In this document: positions 24,191 to 35,608 of the stretch, one piece after another
Position numbering within the stretch: the first letter of the stretch is position 1
Layout of the letters: the number at the start of each line of letters is the position of its first letter
Assembly: GCF_001194135.2 (NCBI RefSeq)
Contig: NC_068982.1
Location: forward strand, 37,675,654-37,739,653
Reading direction: 5' to 3'
DNA: 64,000 bases
From: Octopus bimaculoides
Taxonomy: Eukaryota
The notes under the pieces: model-generated
What the model was told of the DNA's origin: nothing
Database searches by the model: none
The model's input: only the letters and a program-made list of their open reading frames with translations
Translations under genes and position numbers: made by a program

Positions 24191-26211
24191 TTAGATAAAA
24201 CCTTATATTTGTTGTTGAACCTTAGGTTAACTATCAATAAATTTAGTTTAATTATNNNNNNNNNNTATATATATATATATATATATATATAGCAAAAGTA
24301 AACTACAGAAAAATAAAAAAAGTTTCATTGAAATAGTCTGATTTAAGTGGTTGAATGATATTACTCTTCACACTATATAATATAGAAGAGATTTTGCAAT
24401 CTAATCTAGTCAGATTCACAACAGTCAAGTACAGCACAAGCAATTTCTATTTGTGCTTAAAAAAATTGTTTTGGTATAAAAAACAAACAAACAAACAAAG
24501 AAAAAACAAACATATTAAGTGTTTTGATTTCAACATTGAATAGTGGTAATCATTCTGAACCATTCATAAAGAGATGTGGGTATCAGTCTCATTGCATGCT
24601 CACATTTTAACTTCTTTCATGTACTCTTAATGGTAACTTGGTTTTATTTCTAAACAAAAATGTAAGGAGGGTTTATTGAAAAAAATACTAATCTGGCTCA
24701 TTCATCTCCACAACAATATAAACAGCTGCTGATAAGTGTTCTCATGGAATAATCTTGCATGAAGCAGAGTAGAATTAGTCATTTTCCTCAATACTGACAG
24801 CAAGTTGGTGCAGGGGGATTTTTTTCCAAGGTTCAAATAAATAAATGATTTTGGTGTTCACCGTTTAGTCTTCTCATACTAATTGCTAGTAAAGTGACTG
24901 TTAGTTACTGCATAAGATTCAGAAAAAAATTCACTAAATACCAATTTTAGCTACTATATTAACATCATTTTCAGAGGTAAATACAAAGAAAGTTGAATTC
25001 TTGGAACTTTTATACAAAGAGTAATGATATATTCCCAAGATTTAGTCATATTTTACTAACCATAACCATACCCAAATAAGATGTTATTGCTTATGGTATT
25101 ATCACTACAGAAATATATTAAGCCTTTGTAAATTCATAAATAAATGGCACTTTTAATTAATGAGGCAAATTGGCATTGGATAGAATGCTTTTTGGTATTT
25201 GTTTCAGTCCTCTACATTCTGAGTTCAGAACCCACCAAGGTCAGTTTTGTCTACCAAGGTCATCCTTTTGGGGTTAATAATGTACTAATTCATCTTAATG
25301 GATTAGTGTAATGATTAGTGTGTTGGGTAAGAGGCCTTGCAGTATCTGTTCCAGCTCTCTGCTTCTGTGTTTGAAACTTCATCTTCTAATGCCATGATGA
25401 AGCTACCAGTGATTAATTTAGTGATCTAAGACAGTATGACAACCATAGGTCAGTGCTTTGTTCATATGCTATAAGTTTGATATGTTTTAAGTTTATTGTG
25501 GATATTTTGGGATCATACTTTACTGTAGGTTTTTCTCAAACCTGGAGTTAGAACAATGTTTTTTGGTTAAAGTTCTCTAGGTCATTGATTGCATCTGTTC
25601 AGAACTTTTCTGTGGTTATTGAAGAAAGATACAGCATGGGATAGGCCTTTTTCCTTTTTGTTTACTTTTATTGATTTTAGCATTGGACTGTTGCCATGCT
25701 GGGATCACACTTTCCAGAGCAGTCATGAATGAACTGCATCCTACAGGCCACATGTGGCCTGCTTAATTTTCTGAATGGCTCAGCTAATGAAAAACTACCT
25801 TCAATTTTTTTTTGTAGTGCAACCAGCCTGATGATGAGCCATGTCTTATACAGCCAACTTTTTAAAAAAGGTTGCCCATGCCTGTTCAATTATAAATGAT
25901 CCCTATACAACTGGTATTTTATCTATTTCAGAAGGATCAAAGGCATGTTCAAATCCCATGTGGTAAAGAAGTTTGCTTTAACCCCAGGCTAACCAATGCC
26001 TTGTGAATGAATTTAGTAGACAGAAACTGTGTGGGAGTCCATTGTATGTACACACACACACACACACACACACATGAGCATGCATGCACGCATGCACACA
26101 CACATGCACACACACACACTCACACACACACACACACACGCGCATGCATACATGCATTCAATGTATCATATATCTGGAAAAGAAGCACACTCTAAAGTAT
26201 AGAGCAGTAAA

Positions 26212-27307
26212 ATATTAAAGTAATAAAGTTAATGTCTGGTCAATGATTTCGCATCCACGAAAGCTGTAGTTTCGTGGATGACTCATCAGACTCTAGTCCA
26301 AAGATATTTAACTTTTCACCTCTGGAAGGTAGAAATCTGTTATGGTTATTGGTCACTGGATCATCAAAGAATAAATAGTCTGGCATTAATGAAGATGGGT
26401 TATCTCCCCTAGACCAGCTATTTGTGGGCCAGGAGAGGGGGAATAAGGGATCTATCCCTTGGGCTACTATTGGATTGTAAGGACTCTTCCGGGCTTAGTC
26501 AGAAAATGGGGAATCCCATGCTTGCAGCAGATAGTGTTTGAAATGGATGCATGGTGTGAAGATTTCTTGGTGAGTATTCAGTGACTCAGGTTTCAAGGAG
26601 TCTTTGAGTATCCTAGTTCGCTCAGCTATGCAGAGCTTGCAGAGTATGCTCCCACTGATGTTAGGTCCCGGCTGTTCTAAATCTTCCACTTGATATCATA
26701 TGGTGTCCCTTCATCTTTGAGGTGCCACACATGGCTGGCCAGGGATGTGACAAATTGTCTCTGGGACCCTGAAGGAAGACCTGTGGTTGTACAGACATTG
26801 CTTGAATGCTGTCCTGGCTTATCTGATATCTTTCCAGGCTCAGGTGTTGGTTGAGTTCACATTACTGGTGCATCTTTGGTTGGCTCCAGGCCTGGGGATA
26901 TTGTTGTGGCTGCTTGTCAGTGCTGTTATCATTGTGATGTACAGGTCAGGCAATGCTGCTGTTGCTGTGGTTGTCATCGTTGTGGTGGTTGTCCCTGGCC
27001 GTAAGATTGGCTCTATTGTTGCTGGTGATGATGTTAGTGCTGTCGTTGGTAATGTTCAGTGTGGGGCTGGTAGCTTCTCTGGTGCTGCTGATGTAAGCAT
27101 AGTTATCTTCTCTGGCCATAGTGTTGGTACAGGGGTTGTTGGCATCAGTGCTGGTGTTTCTGCCACTGTCGTCGATGTTGTTGGATCATCCATTGCTGCT
27201 GTGGTCACTGCTAGTACTGTGGTTGCTGCTATTACTGTCGTCGCTAGGTGACAGTAATAGCAGCAACCACAGTCTATGACCAGACATTAACTTTATTACT
27301 TTAATAT
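26212..27307 (-). mobile_element. 5'-truncated Penelope-like retroelement: GIY-YIG endonuclease remnant and tail, with an inverted 5' junction
   Basis: Minus-strand frames give (Y)I(G)xARTAFKQCLYNHRSSFR, TSLASHVWHLKDEGTPYDIKWKI and CKLCIAERTRILKDS...LNTHQEIFTPCIH. These match the PLE endonuclease pattern FKxRyxNHkSsF...SLSkyiWxLK...IkWkIl...CxLCxxEK...LNxrxEixxxCrH. An upstream N/S/T/D-rich linker is present, and a perfect 31-bp inverted repeat sits at 26212-26242 / 27277-27307. Confidence 0.85.
26243..26293 (-). ncRNA. Partial hammerhead motif at the 3' tail of the Penelope element
   Basis: The minus strand reads CTGATGA-Gt-CATCCACGAAA-ctacagc-TTTCGTGGATG-C-GAAA. The core and an 11-bp stem II are clear, but I could not build a convincing stem I or stem III. 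Confidence 0.5.
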
Positions 27308-27451
27308 AAATATATATATATATCTATATATATANNNNNNNNNNNNNNNNNNNNNNNNNNNNNNNNNNNNNNNNNNNNNNNNNNNNNNNNNNNNNNNNNN
27401 NNNNNNNNNNNNNNNNNNNNNNNNNNNNNNNNNNNNNNNNNNNNNNNGGAT

Positions 27452-27519
27452 TCTGCGGTACACGTGTTTCAAGCTTTATAGTTGTTGCATCATAGTATAA
27501 AGCTATCTTCAGCCGCAAA
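27452..27519 (-). ncRNA. Minimal type I hammerhead ribozyme, antisense copy
   Basis: Mirror copy with GAAAC-ACGT-GTA (palindrome ACACGUGU). All core nucleotides are intact. Predicted cleavage is after position 27459 on the minus strand. Confidence 0.82.
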
Positions 27520-27623
27520 TGTATTCTTTCCCAAGAATACCAAACAGAATCTCACCTTTTATCTATCATGTTTCTTCCTACTTTAACTTATTCTATGTGA
27601 TATAATTGTTGGGAAAGAATACA

Positions 27624-27691
27624 TTTGCGGCTGAAGATAGCTTTATACTATGATGCAACAACTATAAAGCTTGAAACGCGTGTACCGCAGA
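27624..27691 (+). ncRNA. Minimal type I hammerhead ribozyme, sense to the CACNB pre-mRNA
   Basis: TTTGCGG-CTGAAGA-T-AGCTTTATA-(15 nt)-TATAAAGCT-T-GAAAC-GCGT-GTA-CCGCAGA. Stem I is 7 bp (one G:U), stem II 9 bp and stem III 2 bp with the palindrome ACGCGU. Predicted cleavage is after A27684. The 10.1/11.1 pair is U.U rather than the canonical G-C. Confidence 0.85.
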
Positions 27692-29999
27692 ATCCTTTGT
27701 GTTTTGTTTTTATTTTACATTTACAATTTATATATATATATAATGTACATCCCTATAGCTTAGCAGTGCAGCAAATAAGACTGACAGAATGAGTATTAGA
27801 CTTACAAAACTAAGTACTGGGGTCAATTTATTCCACTAAATCCTTAAGGTGGTGTCCCAGCATGGCCACAGTCCAATGAATGAAACATATAAAAGATTGC
27901 TTTCTGGTTTTCAATTTACTTGTTTTGTATTTTACATGTTGGCATTAGTTGTATGATTTATTGAAAAACATATTTTACGAGATTCCCTCTCCTATTTTTA
28001 GCCAGAATACAATCATAATATTATTTTTAAACCTTCTCTTTCAACTGAACCAAGAAAGTAAAAACAAAACCTGTTGCCAAACCTTACCCATTCTCTAGCA
28101 AGAAATTTTCTTATTCAATTGGTCTTCAAATGCACAGAGCTACAGAACATAATGTTTACTGAGAATGTAAACATGACATCACCATTATGCTCACTGGTAT
28201 AACAGTGATGTCATCATCTTTTTAATGTCTGCTTTTCCATGCCTGCATGGGTCCGACAAAATTTGTTGAGGCAGATTTTTTATAGTTGGATGCCCTTTTA
28301 TTGCCAACGGTCACCTGTTTTCAAGTAAGACAATACTTCCACATGGCTGGATATGTTTTCGCAGAAAACTGGAAATCAAGAATACTGCTTACATGACAGT
28401 GACCACAGTTGGGGAGTGAAATTCTAAATCATATAGTCTTACCTGCACGTGTACCTTAATATAAATTTATAACTATGAATGCATGAACTTTTTAAATGCA
28501 TTTTTTATTGTTTGTAAATATCTAAAATAGTTCTCTTGAATAATAAGAAAAAAAACAAACACATAGTATTCTATTTGTTGAATTAATAGGATTTGTATTT
28601 AGAATTTTAATCAAACAACTATGCATATTATTTTTTCCTTCTATTTTTGACTTTGTCTCCATAAATCTTATTTTGATCTCCCTATATAAGAATGGAAGAA
28701 AGATATAGCAGCTCAAAATATTTGCTATAGCTTAGATTCCAAATTCTGTAAAATAGCTGTTGTTAAGTAGCTTCACTTAATTCTTATGTAAGCTGATCCG
28801 CAGTTAAACAGTAATATTGAATCATGTATTGATGTTGTATAGGATACACTTTTCTAGCTTGATGTGTATGCTATTTTCCCAAGTTTGATTGTGTGGCAGG
28901 CAACTCTAACGTAAAGAGAAGTAATACCTAATTTTGTGTTAATGTTGTTGTAAAGACTGTTCTACTCAAGTTAACCTGTAATTGAGAATTTTAACATTTG
29001 GGAGGAGGCTAGCACCCTTGATAATCATGCTTCAGTCTTATCTGTCACACAGTGTTTTGTTGTGCTGTGAGAAAGTGAAGGCATGTTTAATCAATTAACG
29101 TTCCATATATGTATATATAAAAGCAATTGCAGTATATATTTTCAAAGTTCTTGGTCAGTAAAGCTTGAATTAGTGAGAATTAATTTGGCAAAAGTTATTA
29201 CCTAAAATTTTACATTTTTAAAACAAAATTTTTACATGAATAAATGATTAAAGAATATTTTGTATTTTATATTTTTAAAAATATTCTTTCACATTCTCAT
29301 CCTTTTATTCTTTTGGATTCTATTTTCCCTTTCTGTTACTAGAGTTTACAAAATTAAAGATTTATTTTTCCTTTACAATTATGACAATGAAAGCAGAGAA
29401 TTTTCTGATAAAACAGAATGAGATATGAGATGGCTATAATCTTTTGAATTAGATTATAGTAAAGGTTAGATGTTAGTTAGAAGGTGACATGGTAAAGAAT
29501 AAAATACCTCAAATATTATTTGAAAGACAGTATATGATGGTAATATAACAATTGACCTAAGGAAATAATTTAAATTGAGAAAATAAAGCAAAGAAAGGCA
29601 ATTGTTTAACATCTAAGGAAAAGATGTAAAAGAGTGACATTGATAAAGAATGTTAATGAGTGTGATGTTGTTACTGTTGAGCCACAGGTCAACCCTGATA
29701 TAGAAGACCTATGACTAAAGGCATTCAAGCTGTGATCATCTCACCTTTTTCATATTTGCAAGGAGCCCAGGCCTACAATATTCAGCATAACTTTTTAAAA
29801 GAAGGTAGGTTGTAATTTGAGGGAGATTTCACTACTATTTATCATAAGCCAAGCAATCATGTCAAGGATTGTTAAGTGTGATGTCAATATTGATAGTATT
29901 ATGTGAAAAAATACAAGTGATGCTGATGTAACACTAACTAAAAAAAAAACCTAGTCAACCACTAGGTCATCTACCACCCAGGTGATTACACAAACCAGA

Positions 30000-30830
30000 T
30001 AGGCTTTGTACATACCAGGAAACAAGCTAGGTAGATACTTATGAAAACTAAACCTTTCCTTAGTGAAAAATGTACCACCCAACAAAGATGAGTGATTAAT
30101 GAGATCATAGTAGGAGCCAGATGAACTCAGAGATACAATATAAGACAATCTGGAAAAGGGATGTATGAACGTTAAAAGATCGCTTGGCCATATGTGGCTT
30201 TTAAGAAGTAGTATTTTATGTATATGATGAGAAAGAGGAGTATTTAGAGAATGTATAAAATGAAGGACAACAGGGAGTTTCTATGCAACAACCTGCTGCA
30301 AACCACAAACCAGATCTGTGGAAAGTGCAAGAGTCCGGTCAGATGGAAGGTGATATGTTGGGGGAATGGTGTATTGTAAGGTCCCAGTCGGGTGGAATGG
30401 TTCATTACAAAGGACCATAGAAGCTAAAGAAAGAGGCCTGGAAATATTGGAAGACAGATGGGAAGCAGAAACAATACCATATGATAAGAAGAGAAGTTAG
30501 ATATTAGATATATGTAGCAAGAAACTGAGAGTATGAGTATCACCAATTTTCTGAGACAAGAGGAACAGAGATATGAAGTGTTTTGGATTGCAAAACAGTG
30601 TGTTAGTGTGGATCAAGATGTTATTGAGAAAATGTGTCTATAGAATGAGAGTGATACACTAACTTTTGGAACAGAATTAGCTTGGATGAGGTGCAGTATG
30701 ATGTACCACTGATGCCATCTTCCTTATAAGAAAATTACAGGAGAACTACTTAGCTAGGAGTAACCCACTGTACTTAGCATTTGTTGACCTAGAGAAGGCC
30801 TTTAATAGAGTTTCATATTCTATTGTCAGT
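30000..30830 (+). mobile_element. RTE-clade LINE fragment
   Basis: NPLYLAFVDLEKAFNRV at ~30762-30812 (RT motif). Boundaries approximate. Confidence 0.75.
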
Positions 30831-31115
30831 AAGAAAACCATGTGGAGATGAGTAGTTTGTGAAAGGCAACACACACATATATACAGATTTATACATAGTT
30901 TCCATTAATCAACCAAATTCCTCTTATACAAGGCTTCAGTTAATTCAAATCAAAGCTTGAGTAGAAGGCACTTGCCAGTGGGATCAAATCTGAAGTCAAG
31001 TAGGTGCTAAGAAAATTTCTTAACCACTCAGTCATACCTGCATCCATATATATATNNNNNNNNNNNNNNNNNNNNNNNNNNNNNNNNNNNNNNNNNNNNN
31101 NNNNNNNNNNNNNNN

Positions 31116-31158
<43 letters not shown>

Positions 31159-31264
31159 CCATATTTCTGAGCATTAAACTAATACCTCTGTTTGTTGTTT
31201 ACACAGCTGTCTTTGTCTTTTATTTTTTTGTAAATTATCACTATATATATACATATATATAATT

Positions 31265-31575
31265 TTTTTCTTTCACCTGTTTTGAGCATTAGACTGTAGC
31301 TATGGTGGAGCTAAAGAATTTGAGTTGAATGAGTCAACACATGTACTTATGTTTTTTTTAAGCCTGGTATATATTCTATTGGACTCTTTTGCTGAACTGT
31401 TGAGTTAAGGTTAGCATATCAACACCAGTTGTTAAGTGGTGGCGGGAGACAAACGCAAATACAAAAGTAGGTGCATGTGTGTACATGCATGCACACACAT
31501 GCACACGTGCATGCACATACACACACACACATGACAGTCTACTTTCAGTTTCTGTCTGCTATATCCATTCACAAG
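31265..31575 (-). mobile_element. SINE family B fragment
   Basis: Shares ttgagcattagactgtagctatg...ctttttgctgaactgttgagtt...ttcagtttctgtctgctatatccattcacaag with 10247-10645. Confidence 0.7.
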
Positions 31576-31779
31576 TTATATATATATATAATTTTTTTTC
31601 CCTACTTTTGAAGTTGGAATAGATTATAAAAGTATTAACCTGATCCTCTTAAACTTTAAATGTCAAGAAAATAGCAAAAAGTTTCATCTATACATAAATT
31701 ACTAATCTAAGGCCTGCAATATTGAAACAAATATAAACCAAGAATTTTCTATAAAGCATAAACCTAGGAAACTGTCATC

Positions 31780-32420
31780 ATTAGCTATCATCATATATTT
31801 CATGGGTTTTCTCGCTGCTAATTATTCTTGTGCATCTCTGTCAGTCTACCTGTTCTCTCACTGCATCTCTTGAGCACTTGTAGTTTACATTTGATACAGT
31901 ACAGAATTCCTACCTACTTCTATTCTACATATTGAGCATAGCCACCCCTCTGATAGTGGTAGAGTGGTAATTGTTTTGTTTTTTGCTCACTTAAAGATCT
32001 TATGATTCTAAGCTTTATTTTCACATATGGAATTTCTTCTCTAAATCTTTATCAGATTTAGCTATATGAACTAGATTATCAACATACAAGAGTTCTGTTG
32101 GACAACCTGCTTTAAACTCCACTGTTATGATCTAGAGAACTTTGATAAATAGTTGGAGACTGAAAACTGAGTCCTGGAGAACACCTACCTGAATGCTAAA
32201 TTTCTCACTAAACTCATTAACTCTCATCTCATTGATAGCAGCTCTGTACATAGTTTGCATGGTTCCCACAAACTATTCATCTACGTATAGTTTTCTTAGT
32301 GATTACCAGACGAGACTATAGATTGTGGAACCCTCTCAAAGGCCGCCCTAGGTCAATATTGCCACCTGAATGCAAAGAGCCAGAACAGGTACCACAAGAC
32401 ATCCTGTCCAATAATCTGAC
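31780..32420 (-). mobile_element. RTE-clade LINE RT fragment
   Basis: Minus-strand VGVLQDSV (GVHQGSVLSP-like). Related to the fragments at 12.0-12.6 and 13.5-13.8 kb. Boundaries approximate. Confidence 0.55.
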
Positions 32421-32743
32421 AGTTCTGCCAATCCATCCATAGCTGTATATTGTTACAGTTTTATCAAAACTACATTGCTATAGTTTTATCAACTCCTGAA
32501 AGGATGGAAGGTAAAGTTGATCTTGGCAGGATTTGAACTCATAGTGTAGACAAAGTACTAAGCCCTTGACTGTAGAGCCCCAGCATAGCTGCTCTCCCAA
32601 AAAGATTGAAGCCACTAACTGAATAAACCTTTTAGATTTAAATGTACTTATCTGAAATTATCTCTTTAAATACTTGAAGGGTAGCAGTACTTGCAGAAAT
32701 AGTAGAGCATCAGATACTTTTACAATATTTAATCTTATTTTAA

Positions 32744-32931
32744 GGTGGTGAGCTGGCAGACTTGTTAGCACACCAGACAAAATACTTTGCAGCATTTCGT
32801 CTGTTTTTATGTTCTCAGTTCAAATTCCACTGAGGTCAACTTTGTTTTTCATCCCTTCGTACCAGCTGAGCACTGGGGTCAATGTAATTGACTTAACTCA
32901 AAATTACTGATCCTGTGCAAAATTTGAAACC
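32744..32931 (+). mobile_element. SINE family A with 16-bp TSD
   Basis: TSD atttaatcttatttta at 32727-32742 and 32935-32950. Confidence 0.85.
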
Positions 32932-33257
32932 AACATTTAATCTTATTTTATTGTATTCTCTGTTTGAATTATCCTTCGGTCAATAATGTCTTTTATTCTT
33001 TATTGTTCAAGTTTGATCAAATAACTACAAAGGCTGAGTCAGTTGACTATACCCGCTCTCCTACAAAATATGGTCTTAAGCCTTGTCAAAATAAGGTTAC
33101 TAAAAATTGAGTAATTTTCAGTTTTGCACCTAATTTATTAGTTTAAATGTAGTTGGATAATAACTTTAGATATTTCATATTTCCATATTTGCAACTACAT
33201 GTATTTGTACATATGTGTATATGTACTTACATATGTTGGTTTTAGAATATATATCAG

Positions 33258-33420
33258 TAAGGTGCATGTTTGATTGTGTGGTGGGAAGTTTGCTTTGCAA
33301 CCATATAGTTTTGGGTTGAGTCTCACTGCATGGCACCTTGGACAAGTGTCTTCTACTGTAGCTCTGGGCTGGCTAAAGCCTTGGGCATGGATTTGGTAAA
33401 TGGAAACTAAAACGAAGCCC
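33258..33420 (+). mobile_element. SINE family B head
   Basis: gtgtggtgggaagtttgctttgcaacc...ggcaccttggacaagtgtcttctactgtagc...aaacgaagccc. Confidence 0.8.
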
Positions 33421-35234
33421 CTTGTGTGTGTGTGTGTGCTGTGCTCAAAACAAACCAATTTACAAACAGGAACTTCTTGGGCTCTCAGAACATTTGCACA
33501 AAGTTTAGGAAGTGATTTTTCTTGGTCATGAATTGACTTTCACCATATGTGTGTGTGTGTGTGTGTCTGCGTTTGTTATTGTCTCCTTGCCTTGACTTTG
33601 TGTGATATTGTAAATGAGAATCACTGGTGTGTGAGTGGTGTTGTTCATTTCCAAGTTTCCATGAAAACATGTCTGGTCATGGGGAATATATTACCTTACT
33701 TGGAAACAAGTGAAGGTTGATGACAGGAAGGGCATCTGTCCATAGAAAATCCACCGCAACAAATTCCATCTGACCCATGTAAGCATGGAAAACTGACTGT
33801 TAAAATGATAATGATGGATATATGAATTAGCTGTTAAATAATCTATTTAAAACCATACAGTATTAAAAATAGATGTAAAACTTATGAGGATGAGGTTAAC
33901 CAAACGACATAATCTCAAATCATTTATGTAGCCTCATGATAATTCTTTGATACATGTGATAATCACTTAACGATGTCTTTGACATTTCTTCAACTTTCTC
34001 TTGTTTTCTTCCTTTTCAACAGTTATTTTTAGTGACATTTAAACAGCATTAATTTCACTTACATTTCATCTGACTTGTTATGGATCAGATTGAATTGTGT
34101 TCTATATTGACCCTTTTGAAATTAATTTTTTCAATTTTTTTTAAATTCAAAAGTGGCTTTTGATGTCATTGACATTATACTGAAGTTTTCTTTCAATATG
34201 AGTTTCTACTTTTATTCTTGTTATGAAAAGCCCATGAAAATTTGGAGTAAATAAATTACAAGAGTTGCTTTAGCAGTATGAATAAGGTGTTGGAGTATTT
34301 CAAATATTTTTCTAATTGAAGACATTTGACTTTTCTCTTAGTGAATCAGATTGTATTTAGTTTAAATAGGAAAATATAGGTACCCACACAGCATACTTGA
34401 GTAGCTAGCATCAGATAGGCAACAAGCTTTAAAGCTTCATACATCTGGATTCAGAAGCAGAAACATTCAACTCACAATAGTAAGAAGAAAAAATGTAGAA
34501 TTAAAAACAAAATTAGTTACTCAGACATTTATTGAATCAGTTGTTGAATTTAAAATAGTTAAACTACTGTTTGTTGTATTCAATAATAAAACTTAAAAAC
34601 ACAGATTTATGTGTAAAGCTTCATCAAATGAGCAAGTATACTTATTATATTCTTATGAATTCATACAAACGTCTACTTTTATTCATTTCTAAACTATTCT
34701 TTAATTTCCAGCATTATCCACATCAATCTAACTGGTGTAAAACTGAACTGTTTAATATTCTAAATAACCTGTACCAGCTCTATTTCTTTACTCTCATCCC
34801 TATCCAAACCCACTTACTTCCCAAGCAATGTTTATTATAATCTCTGTTATCACTGTTTCATCTCTTGTACTTGGTTTGTTCTATATATCAGTTACTTTCA
34901 GAACTCATAAACTATCTTCACAATTGATTGATGACATGATATTCATTGGAGTTGACAAAAAAGAACAGTCTTCAACACATGGAAAATTTCTCCACTTAAG
35001 TTATGTAACAATATTTGTGACAAATTCATCTCCATTAATTCTGGTGAATCATTTTACTTAATATTTCTGAATTCAGCTCTCAGATCAGTGTTTAATCTAA
35101 CACATTTATTACTTATTTTGTCATAAGTTGCATTAAATCCTTAAACATCTATATCTACAGTTACTAAATGGGGTGGGGGTAATCTATGTGGATATTAGTA
35201 CACAGTCTCAATGAAATTCTATTATAATTCTTTT

Positions 35235-35608
35235 ATCTTTTACTTATTTCAGTCATTAGACTGCAGCCTTGCTGGGGCACCATCTTGAAGAACTTTTAGT
35301 CAAATGAATCCACCCCAGTACTTTTTTTTTTAAAGCATGGTACTTATTCTATTGATCTCTTTTACTGAACTGCTAACTTATGGGGATGTAAACACCAAAC
35401 ACCAGTTATTAAGCAATGGTGGGGGACAAACACACACACACACACACACACAATAGGCTTCATTCAGTTTCCATCTATCAAATCCACTCACAAGGCTTCG
35501 GTCAGTCCGAGGGCATAGTAGAAGACACTTGCCAAAGGTGCTATGCAGTAGGACTGAACCCGAAACCATGTGGTTGGGAAGCAAGCTTCTTACCACATAG
35601 CCATGCAT
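35235..35608 (-). mobile_element. SINE family B, near full length
   Basis: Collinear with 10247-10645. Confidence 0.85.

Larger units (their letters stand above)
27448..27695. repeat. Inverted repeat with 87-bp arms and a 74-nt spacer (PLE pseudo-LTR pair)
   Basis: 27448-27534 versus the reverse complement of 27609-27695: 86/87 identical. The left arm starts at a gap edge, and (TA)n flanks both sides. Confidence 0.95.

Noticed and set aside
25932-25962. Possible alternative Cav-beta first exon (ATG TTC AAA TCC CAT GTG|gtaaag)
   Set aside because: The apparent donor is part of a family B SINE head (gtggtaaagaagtttgc), and there is no similarity to known beta N-termini.
26787-27251. 154-aa hydrophobic plus-strand ORF (V/A-rich, membrane-protein-like)
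   Set aside because: It is the antisense reading of the N/S/T/D-rich low-complexity linker of the Penelope remnant.
28438-28460. Strong minus-strand donor CAG|GTAAGA
   Set aside because: No convincing upstream acceptor or coding frame; compatible with chance.
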